Of a stretch of 64,000 nucleotides of DNA, positions 1 to 11,302 are shown piece after piece. A program made the position numbers and the translations under genes. The number at the start of each line of letters is the position of its first letter. Positions within the stretch are counted from its first letter, which is position 1. The DNA is taken from NCBI RefSeq assembly GCF_006345805.1, contig NC_042998.1, positions 99,882,001 to 99,946,000 on the forward strand. The letters are read 5' to 3'. Under the pieces are notes generated by a model. It had not been told where the DNA came from and ran no database searches. It saw only the letters and a program-made list of their open reading frames with translations. Source of the stretch: Octopus sinensis. Taxonomy: Eukaryota.

Positions 1-432
1 GTTTTTAGAGAGAGAGAGAGTTTAGCTGTTATTTTTAGCTCGTTGAGAGATTAGAGATTCCTTCGTTAACTCATTAAATTGAGTTTTATGTGGAATTTCA
101 TTGTACAGTTTTGTTAGCTTTCTTTTTCAGCCTGTCTTAGCCGGAAGTCGTGAGATAAAAATAAACTGTTCAACACACACACATAAGCACTTGCTACGAT
201 TATCGTTAGCATCTATGGTTGATATGTAAGCTTTATTACCCAAATATTGTTGATAAGTACAGAGATATGCTGGTCAAACAGTACAATTTTCAGAATTCTA
301 TCGTTAATGTTTTCGTTCTCTTTTCCTATCAGCAACGAGGCTATCTACATTTTCATTTATTCTAGTGTTTTTGGTGTCATTTCTATCGTAGCACCGGTTT
401 ATGTATCAGGATTGGTTCATCTCTCTCTCTCC

Positions 433-499
<67 letters not shown>

Positions 500-535
500 T
501 TGTGTGTGTATATATATATATATTATATATATATA

Positions 536-573
<38 letters not shown>

Positions 574-897
574 GTTGTATACTGTCAACTTAATGTGACA
601 GTCCCATGAAGGGAATCACACCACTGCTATTTAGCCCTAGGAAGCATCAACGCTTCCTGCCGGTCTTGACACATTTCCTGTGTCCTTATGTTTATAAGAG
701 GGAGACAAGCATCTCCACCCAGCTAAGCCTGCATCCAGAGACTAGTTTCTGAGTCTTTGCTCGTCATCAGTCTGGAGTAGCATAAGGACACAGGAAATGT
801 GTCAAGGCCGACAGGAAGCGTTGATGCTTCCTAGGGCTAAATAGCAGTGGTGTGATTCCCTTCATAGGACTGTCACATTAAGTTGACAGCATACAAC
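574..897. mobile_element. Foldback element with ~117-bp inverted arms and a 90-bp spacer containing a hammerhead motif
   Basis: 574-690 is the reverse complement of 781-897 with a few mismatches; TA immediately outside both ends. Confidence 0.9.
734..776 (-). ncRNA. Minimal type-I hammerhead ribozyme motif (PLE-type)
   Basis: Minus strand UCCAGA-CUGAUGA-C-GAG(caaaga)CUC-A-GAAA-CUAGUC-UCUGGA: 6-bp helix I, intact core, palindromic ACUAGU helix III, GUC site after 740. Confidence 0.8.
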
Positions 898-949
898 TAC
901 TCTATCGTACCACTACTGCTTTTATCTCTCTGAGATATTTAGAAATGTA

Positions 950-983
<34 letters not shown>

Positions 984-2408
984 CAGAGACGTGTGTGCGT
1001 GTCTCTTTATATATATAGTTTATATGAGAGTGTGTGTGAACATGTTTTCTTACATCGATCCGTGTTCGTCCGAATGTGAGTGTATGTATTTGTATGTATG
1101 TGTGTGTATGTATTTGCGTGCATGCGTATATTTATATGTGCTTAAAATGACCTGACCATTTTTATCAAATATCAAATTGTTGAAAATTCAGATTCGCCTA
1201 TTGTTATCTGCTTTGACTCGAACTGAATGTTCGATTTTAAATGCATAACAAAAATAAAAGAAGAAATAATTAACTTTAGTTTGATAGATGATAACACGGA
1301 ACTTAAGAAACTCCCGTTCATCAGCTTCAAGGAGTTTACAGATATCCGCTCGATGCCACACGGCATACAACCGATGGGTTATTTGTCTAAGAAGAAAAAC
1401 AAAAATAAATTTAATATGTCCATATATTGATCTCAAGTCTTATGTACAAGATGTCAGTTAGATATGAATATATCTTGTTACTAATGCAGCATGTATTTAG
1501 ATGCATAAACCCCAGGCAGTGATGGTCAGAGTTCAGCTAAGTGTTGATATTGTCATTTGTTATTGGCAAGTTTTCATATCAAATAGCAAATTATGTGTCG
1601 GATTTCGATGTATGGGTTGTATGAGCCTCATTGTAACCTATCCTATATACAATATAATCTTCATTCAAATTTCAATGAATAAAGAGTATGCAATGCAGAA
1701 GAAATGATGAAATTATGCTAATATCAAATTCACCTTAAAAGTGTTATATATTGTGAATTAGCAGAATCATTAGAATCAGAAAATGCTTTGCGTTAGTTCT
1801 TTCAGCCTGCCCCGTTCTGAGTTCAAATCCCGCCGATATCAGCTTTGCCTCTCATCCCCTTGGGGTCTATAGTATCGACTAATCCCAAACCTTCAAAATT
1901 CGCTTACCTTAGACCTAAATTAGAAACCATACATGATTCCCCGGAAATGCAGTGTAAAATACTGGATACAAGGTGTTGTTTAATCAGTTAGTAGAGAATT
2001 AAATATATATTTGTTAACAGTTTTTCAGCGATAGTTTTAAAGACAATATGAGAAAGATCTGGCTACTATATCTAGCAGGATAAACAACCACACTGGCTCA
2101 TTTGTTGATGCTTTTGTTAGAGAAAAAGAAAGTGATAATCAAGGTTCATGAGCTGAGGCCGGTCATTATATCAAACTCTGTCGGACACTCTGACCTAGCT
2201 GGACAAAACACTGTGTTTGTTTACTGTGCACCTGGTTACTAAGTGGAGAACAACAAACATTAACGTAGCTAAGGGGAAATCCGCCCCTGGTGACACTTTT
2301 AGGGAGGTTGCACTTTTGGGTTTGCTGTATATGTTGTTTTTTTTTTTGGTTAGGGGGTGGGAGCGGCAAGCTCAAGAGTTATACCGGGCGGCACACACTC
2401 TAGCAGCA

Positions 2409-2592
2409 TACGAAGTGGTATCAAAAAGTTCCCGAGCAAATTCTGTAGCGCACCAACTGATGGCAACATACGGTTGCGTGCGCAGTGACATCTAACTGTG
2501 ATCTTCATGAGGCAGTGTACTGAGTTCAATATTACAATCTCCTTTAAAGGACAGTCTCCAGAAATGTTGACTAACAATTTTTAGACTCTATA
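2409..2592. mobile_element. Possible mariner-type TIR/MITE remnant
   Basis: tacgaagtggtatcaaaaagttcccg resembles a mariner terminal repeat; partner end is poorly matched. Confidence 0.35.
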
Positions 2593-2949
2593 CCAACTGC
2601 AGCGGCCTCCGCTGAGAAATTGCTTCCCTCCATTATACTCTGATTGACACATAGTTACCTATCTATACCTTTCTGTCACTAATGTACCAGCGCTCTCTGT
2701 ATTTCTGCTATCCATCTGCCGAGTGATAATTAAATTATGGTAGAGAAGTAAATCAAATTGCATTTGATGGCCACCAGTGTGTAAAAGTACGGAACACGAA
2801 TATATTTTATATGGGGCGGTGTGGGTTGAATGATATTAATATTTGAACCTCCATTTACGATATCAAATATAATTTTTGTTACACAAAAATATGATTAACA
2901 AAACAAGGTAAAATGTTAGGTTTTGGATATTATTTTTAAAATTCTCCAC

Positions 2950-3990
2950 TTTAAATCATGTTTTTGTTTTTCTTTTAAATCTTCCTATGAGAATATGTTT
3001 TTCTTATTATTATGAACTCCAGCGTGCCGCGAAAAGGAAAAGATCAAAGAACTCTCGTTTTAACCTCTTCGTTAAACTGTTTTGTCTCTAAATAACGTTG
3101 CAATTATTTGAGAAGTTAATAGTCAGATGGAAAACGGTCAAGAGAATCAGAAGGATGATGCAAAATTTTCATATTTAGTGTCATAATCTTTACCCGAGTA
3201 ATTGGGCAATATTATCGCCTTGCATTATCGCGTTAGAGAAACATCCCTTTACGATGGCTCGATGATGGGAGCTTTTTTTTTTCCAAATTGTGGTGCAATG
3301 CTTCCAAAGGGTGACAATACTACTCTGCATTAACTGTTTCCGTTTCGTCTAATACTTCATGATATATGACACCCTTCATATCCCACCAAACATAGAGTAA
3401 AGCTTTTTCGAGTGCAGTCCTTGTTGTGGAGTGGACTCTCCTTTTTCATTAGTTATCAACCGTTGCCGTTTTCGTTGGATATGATTAAATAAAACCGACT
3501 TTGCATCACTTGTGATAATTCTACCCTGGGAAGCTTCTGAATCAAGTCTACTCTTCAATGACAAACAGAGGCAACTCTTTCATTAAGCTGAGAACCTATT
3601 CCATAATGAGGGACCAACCTATCAAATTTAAACACTTTTCATAAAGATGTTTTATGATCGAATGTGTGCGTGCAAACTGTTTTGCTAATTCTCGAACAGT
3701 TTGCTTTGGATTCTCCTCAACTACAGTTTTTCAGATGCTAAATATTGATAGAATTTCGTTGTCCGATACGAGAGGGAATCTACGAGAGAATTTCCCAAGT
3801 GCAAGTCGCCAAACCATCGTTGGCGTTTCCGGAACTTAAATCCTCATATCCATAGACAGAACTAATATTTCTTACCGTTTCCATTGGTGAAAAGCCTTTT
3901 TTGAATTCATACAAGGTAAAATGGATTCGAATTTAACCACTATGACGTAAAGAAAAAAATGAGAATATTAGAACGCAGAAATTAATGCTA
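2950..3990 (-). mobile_element. Decayed mariner (DD34D) transposase
   Basis: Minus-strand pieces YEFKKG..ETVRNISSVYG, VEENPKQTVRELA, RIITSDAK, VWWDMKGVIYHE, RDNAR, FPSDY, with stops and frameshifts; ends approximate. Confidence 0.88.
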
Positions 3991-4323
3991 TTTCATGATA
4001 TATGACACCCTTCATATCCTACCAAACATAGAGTAAAATTTTTTCGAGTGCGGTCCTTTTTGTGGAGCGGACTCTCCTTTTTGTAAGTATTAAAAAAAGT
4101 TAATTATCAAAAATGCGAGAGGACTTTCTTTTCAACCTAATATATTTGTGTGTGTGTGTGTGTGTGTGTATGTGTGTGTGTGTGTGTGGTGTGTGTGTGT
4201 GTGTGTGTGATCACAAGATCTTTTCAACTCAGTTAAACATTCTTTGAAGTTCTTCCCATTAACAGCACAGTCGTGAATCTTATGGTATATATATATATAT
4301 ACATTTATTTTAATCAGTTACAG

Positions 4324-4474
4324 GAAACTATATTTGGCGAGCGCCGTTCAGCAAATACAGCTGTGTTATGGTTAGATAATAAAGACTCAATAGAAGAAGC
4401 CGATTTGTACAGTTCGAACCTGAAGAGTCTAGGGCTACATGTGAAAATGAAACAGAATTATTTAAATGACAAAG
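4324..4474 (+). CDS. CPED1: CPED1 exon 1 of model ([16 protein letters not shown]...QNYLNDK), phase 0 to 1
   Basis: ttacag acceptor (in-frame alternative AG gives start 4318), gtaagt donor; resembles human ETHFGSHGRRAILY...RLNAG. Confidence 0.85.
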
Positions 4475-6166
4475 GTAAGTGTATGTGAATGTCTATCCGT
4501 ATATGTGGATGTAAGTATGAATACATATGTGTATAAATATGTTTATTTGTCTATGCGTACACGCGAGTCGTGTGTGTATGTATATGTAATCGAGTGTATA
4601 TATACATATATAATTGTATGTGTATATATTTATGTCTATATATTATATTTATATGTACATATATTTGTATGCAGGTGGGTGTGTATACAGTTGTCTAAGA
4701 ATCTTTAGTCGGGAAAAATTCAGGCAAATCCAGCGGTAGATCTTCATTATCTTATAGCGATGATATTTCAAAGGTTTTAGAAATAAAAACAATACATGAA
4801 CACAAAGTAATTAATTTTGCGCCGTGGGGAATAAATAAAGGTGGGTTCAATGTTTATTACGGTGTTCTTTTTCATGAAAAAGCAGAAAAAATGGGGAAAC
4901 ATGTCTGCTGGAATAGTAGTTTACGGTGAAAAAAGTAGAACAAAAACATGGCGAATGAACGAAGTGTTTTATTTCTATTGTTATTTTTTTTTTGTCCATG
5001 AGGGTAATGTGAAACCATTTATGCATGCGTGCGTACGTGCATGTGTATATGTGTGTGTGTGTGTGCGCGCGCGCGCGCTGAAAGTATATATGGTGGGTTT
5101 TGTGTTTGTGATTCTTTATTACCCACCAGGGGGCGACACAGAGGGGGACACCACAAGACATGGGGACATAGAACATTATAATTAAAATTTATGAAAAATG
5201 AATTGTTAAGTGAAAGAAAATGATAAAATGAAAGCGATACCAACATGGGTTTTGTGTTTGTGTTCGTGTATTTTAGTTTTGTCCTGTCAAAGAAAAGAAA
5301 AGAAAAGAAAATACGATAACTTCTGTATGCATGCATATCAGCGTGCAGGAAAGTGTACTTTCGAATGGAGGGTAGAATGAGTGAGTCATGTTGTATGAGT
5401 GTGTATATGTATAGCTGTGTAGACTGGGGCAAAATTGTATGTGTGTGTGTATGTATTCATACGTGTGCTAATCGTACGTTTATGAAAATAGGGATGGGTT
5501 TTTTTATGAAAATAGGAATTTTTTATTTTTACTGTGTGGGGTAATGTTAGGAACGAGCATGTGTTACTTCAAGAAAAGAAGATTACTATTAATTACGATT
5601 TGCAGATTTGTGCATTGAAGGAAGCTGTTGTTCACTGTGCAAACGAGAGGTGTTTGTCCCAAGGTGTAAAATGGCATTACACAGAGGTACAGGTGGTTAC
5701 AGATAGAATAACTGAAGAGGTGAATTCCAGGTCGAAGTAATTTGTTAATAAGTCGGACGTCTAAAAGATGCTCTCTAAAACAGTCGGTCTGTCGCTAGCC
5801 AGTTCTCTAATGTTCAATAAGCCACAAAATAAATAACGTTTTTGCAGTCTGATAGCAGCAATGATTGCAATAGACTTTGAAATCAGAACTGCCGGTTAAC
5901 GAAAAACCTCTGCAATTCTCCTACTGTTTACTACGCAAACTGTTCGTTCCCTTTCAAGATTTTTTTTCCTTGTTTAATTAAACGAATTGGGGATATATAG
6001 ATATAAGCATTTTTCATAGATTCGAAATTTTATCCCTTAAATCAGTAGAATGGTAAACTCGTAACTCAATCATCTAAGGCTCTGTTTTGCGTTCTTATAA
6101 GACTGTTTCATATAAGATGTCGAAAGCACCCGCGTGTGTACATACAATTACACGCATATATGTATG

Positions 6167-6199
<33 letters not shown>

Positions 6200-9100
6200 C
6201 ATTGTCAAGTCTTATTTCAAGATTTCTTGCCAATAGAAAAAGAACCGGTTTCTACCCTAGATCCAAGGCTCCTTCATTGGAATTTCAACATCAACAACAG
6301 GGTATTTTTGTATGTATGTATGTATGTATGTATGTATGTATGTATGTATATGTGCAGATTTCTATGTTTTGTTTTATGTGGGTATTCTCATGCACATTGT
6401 TGCATATCTAGACATGCTCATATATATTTAAATGATAAACTTCTGGAAAGTTTTACAGATTTTTACCGTTCCAATGATGGATTGGATCTGTACTCTTCGA
6501 ATCATCTTTCTCCTTTCTGGTTTTGAGAAGTCTAATTTCTCGAGATTGGTATTTAGGTAGTGTTACAAATGCCAGGGCTCCAATAATTACAGGTATTAAC
6601 CTATATGTATGTATATATGCATGCATATATGTATGCATGTGTCCATGCACGTATGGGGAATAACAGTTTTTTTTTCTTTTATACATGTTTCATTAAATAC
6701 ATGACTATGTTCTTACGGAGATGTACTCGCATAGCAAGTAATTTGATCTGAGATCGTGTGCTGAAACGAAAACAATTGCAGCGTGGAAGGTGTTTATAAG
6801 CCATTTAAGAAACACACAAAAGCCGTTCGATTCACTTCAACATTTCAACATGTTCATATTTTATCTTCCCTTTTTTAGAGTTTTCGTATTTCGTAATAAA
6901 GTTCTTAAAATAGTATTCGACTTTTCCAAACCATTGCTGTCGCATTTCATGAAATGAATTTACTTGACGCCTCTATTGTCTCATATATGCTGTTTGAATT
7001 CATATAGACTTTTCCAGTCAAAGTTATTTTTAGTCTTAGGCACATACATCAGCAGCGGTCAAACTTTTGACAATTAGGTTTTCATGCCAATTACTGCTTG
7101 TTAATTGTTTGATCATGTACTACAAAGGCACCAAAGCCAAACAAACTCTCCTTATCGGTAAGACACTACAAACCAGTAAACCCGAGAACAACTTACTAAC
7201 GACAAATGTTTGGATCAGTTTGACTGTAAAACTGAAAGCTGCAAACTTCAAGACTCTAGCTTTTACATCAGACATATTAGTACAACTCTCTCTCTCGTAG
7301 GCTCTCGTTTACAGCAAGAAGCTATCGTAAAACGTTATGCCACACCACAAAACAAAATTACCAGGGGATAATACTTAGATATTCTATAAAATTCCTCACA
7401 AAAATAGAAGATTAATCATAGAAGCCTTAATCATATTGCAACGCAATGCCAAAATAAACACACAAACTACACACACATAAAGCTACTTTATTTTATCAAC
7501 CACAAAGGGATAAGAGACAAAGTTGACTGCAGCAAGATTTGAATTTAGAACAGAAAAAATAATTTAAAGAAGTATTGTCAGGTGTTTCCTCAGAGGTGTT
7601 AACTTTTCTCTTCTACTCTAGGCACAAGGACCGAAATTTTTGTGGGGGAGGGTATCAGTCGACCCCGAAAGAATGAAAAACAAAGTTGAACTCGCTGAAT
7701 TTAAACTCCTAAGTATTTCACCCGGCATGCTAACTTTTCTGCCAGCTCGCCGTCTTCTGATGGACATGAAATGATAAGTGAATTTCTGAATGTGTTTTAG
7801 TGGTAGAAAAACCTTCTTTAAATACAACATCGATTAAAGACACAATTTCACACCAAGAAACCTGTAAAACAAATTCAAAGACTATTTGTGCGTGCTTGTA
7901 TGCATGAAAAGACCTTTCAACTTAACCTTTTGCCTGTTCACATCATTTTTATAAGTCTGTTCAAAAAGTCTATACTTGTTTTCAGACTTCTTGTTAGCCA
8001 TTGTTTCATACATTCTGATCAACGTCATGCTTTTTTTTTCATAAGTTCCAAGTTACTCTGCTGACTGAAAATAATTGGGAATGTGTATCATATATGATGC
8101 ATGGACGCCAGGAAAGTGTGTCCTGTGTATCACATGTGATGCACATGATAGACAAGAAGTTAATATTCTATTCGTCATAGGTTACAAAAGAAAAGGAAAT
8201 ATTTTCTATGAAGCTTTTTGAAGTTTTCTTAATGTAGAACCCAGCGTCTGAATTTTTTTTAAAATTCACTGACTACACATTTCATTGACTATAATGTCTC
8301 TTCTCGCTTATAGAGTTTTTGTATTTGTTATTAGAATAGTGTTAATTATTTTTGATAATTTGGGAATGCATTGCATTAACCAACTGAAGATTTAAGTCAT
8401 ATATCTTTTATATTTCGTTACAGTAAGCCTTTCTTCAGAGTTATCACCCCAGCTGTATTACTATCATCACCATGTGTTTGATAACTGGACGCTTTTCCTC
8501 TATTTCAAACCGGGACCCGTTTCACCTGACACTCTGGAGATTCTTCAGAAGAAAGGATTACGAGATTTTCAAAAGGTATTGAGAACTTTTTTTTTTTTTC
8601 ATATGATTGTTTTTATATGTTCTTTTTCTTGACATGTTTTTATGTTTGATAAAACAGGACAAAAGGGATTATCGAGATTTCTATTAGCTGGAGATACTTG
8701 ATTTATTTTCTACCTTTGTCAAAATAAACTATGATTGGGCGTGGCCTAGCGGTTACGAAATTGGGCTCATGATCGTCATGTTTTGGGTTCCATTCCCGGA
8801 ACAGGCAGCATGTTGTATCCTTGAGCAGAGCACTTCATTTCACATTGCTGCTACTCGATTGAAAAACGAGTACTACCTTAATGTTAGTACAATTATCTGT
8901 CCTCTGTAGCCATCACATTCCAGCAAGTCGAGAGTACAAGGGTCGAGAAGTGAACTATGCTTGTGACTGCATAGACACATAAAACAATTAGCGAACGTAT
9001 TGCAACGTGCGACAAGTTCATACTCATTTGCAAATGACGGCTGTAATATAGATCCACCTTTAACAGGACAGCTTTGTATAAATATTATGGCGGATGGGTT

Positions 9101-10211
9101 GAACTCTTGATCTAACTGATTTCAAGATGCTGTGGTTGTGTTGGTGGAGTAATGTACTCGTTTAGTTTTCCCATTGCTTTCTCTTGACTTATGACAGTTA
9201 ACGAAATGCCCTGTAATTATACAGAGTTCTACAGCCTATACTAATGAGATGCATTTAATTTTTATTATTATATCCTGCATGGGCAACTTTTCACGAGAAG
9301 CGGGTCGCATGAGGCATAGCTCATCATGAGGGCGGGCCTCACTACTAAAAATTCAAGGTAATTTTTCGTTGGCGTGCTATTCAGAAAGTCCCGCGAGCCG
9401 CAGTTCGCCCATGCTGAATTTGATGGACGGACATAGGAATTATTCATTTTCCTTGGCTTCAGATTAATATATATTTATATTGCAATCCCAGAGGCACAAT
9501 CAGGAAACCATGATGGTCCTCTGGAGGACACTTGTCCTAAGCCACTTTGACTATTGCTCTCAGCTATAGTCACCATCCAGTGTCAAGTTAATCACAGAAC
9601 TTGAGGCGATCCAACGAAACTACACGAAGAAGATAGCCTCTGTGCAGCATATAAGCTATTGGGAAAGACTCAAGAGATTGAGACTCTATTCCTTAGAGCG
9701 TAGGCGAGAAAGATATGCCATAATATACATCTGGAAGATCCTAGAAGGACTTGTCCCAAACTTTGGCATCGAGAGTTACACAAACGCCAGAACTGGGCGC
9801 CACTGCATAGTGCCAAGGACTCCAAATTTGCCATCAAGATGTAGGACAAGATACTGTGATAGCCTGGGCTTCCGAGGCCCACAGCTCTTCAATATCCTCC
9901 CAAAAAACCTAAGAGACCTGCATGGGGTGGATGCAGATGTCTTTAAAATAAAACTGAATCTCTTCTTGTCAGGTGTCCCAGATGAACCAACTTCACGGCA
10001 GGAGGTGCAGATGAGGGCAGCTGCATCGAACTCTCTCATGCACCAAATGGCAATTGCTAAAAAGCATTTGTGAAGTAAAATCATGTAGCAACACCAAATG
10101 GCAGTACCCCAGCATGGCCACAGCTTGTGAGCTGAAACTAGATAAAATAAAATTAAAAAAAACAAAATATACATACATACATACATATATATATATGTAT
10201 ATATATGTGTA

Positions 10212-10270
<59 letters not shown>

Positions 10271-10328
10271 TGTGTGTGTATATATGTGTATATATGTAAT
10301 ATATATGTGTGTATATATGTTATATATA

Positions 10329-10408
<80 letters not shown>

Positions 10409-10452
10409 GATATATGTATATATATATTATATATTATATATATATATATATA

Positions 10453-10485
<33 letters not shown>

Positions 10486-10564
10486 TTATATTATATATAT
10501 ATATATAATATATATGTATATATATATATAATATATATGTATATATATATATATATATATATAA

Positions 10565-10597
<33 letters not shown>

Positions 10598-10621
10598 TAT
10601 AAATATATATATATATGTATA

Positions 10622-10670
<49 letters not shown>

Positions 10671-11037
10671 GTCTATATATATGCATATATATATATGTGT
10701 GTGTATATATATATATATGTATGTATATATGTATATATATATATATATATGTATGTATATATATTATAATATATATATATATAATATATATATGTATATA
10801 TATATGTATATGTCTATATATATGCATATATATATATGTGTTATATATGTATGTATATATTGTATATATATATATAGATATAGATATATATATATATATA
10901 TATAGATATAGATGTATATATATGTATATATATATATATATATATCTATATATATATATATATCTATATATATATATATGTATATATATAATATATAATA
11001 TATATATTAATATATATATATAGATATAGATGTATAT

Positions 11038-11079
<42 letters not shown>

Positions 11080-11261
11080 TATATAGATATAGATGTATAT
11101 ATATATATATATTATATATATATATATTATTATATATATATATAATATATATATATAGATATAGAAGTATATATATGTATATATATATATATATTATATA
11201 TATATAATATATATAATATATATATATAATATATATATATATAGATAGATATAGAAGTATA

Positions 11262-11302
<41 letters not shown>

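Noticed and set aside
1227-1430. ORF MFDFKCITKIKEE.. and the overlapping minus-strand ORFs
   Set aside because: No recognisable domain; phases do not connect to exon 4324; a different frame of the same region is the better exon candidate.
5534-5740. 68-aa ORF with a possible ttgcag acceptor
   Set aside because: It ends in a stop, matches no CPED1 segment, and the model is complete without it.
8514-8548. Minus-strand CTGAAGA..GAAAC..GTC hammerhead-like spacing
   Set aside because: No helix I or II, helix III is not palindromic, and it lies antisense in coding exon 2. A chance hit that shows core motifs alone are insufficient.
10054-11023. Many long ORFs of poly-YI/IY (also VC, HT and PTYL ORFs elsewhere, e.g. 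17944..18303)
   Set aside because: Translations of di- and tetranucleotide microsatellites; no coding signal.
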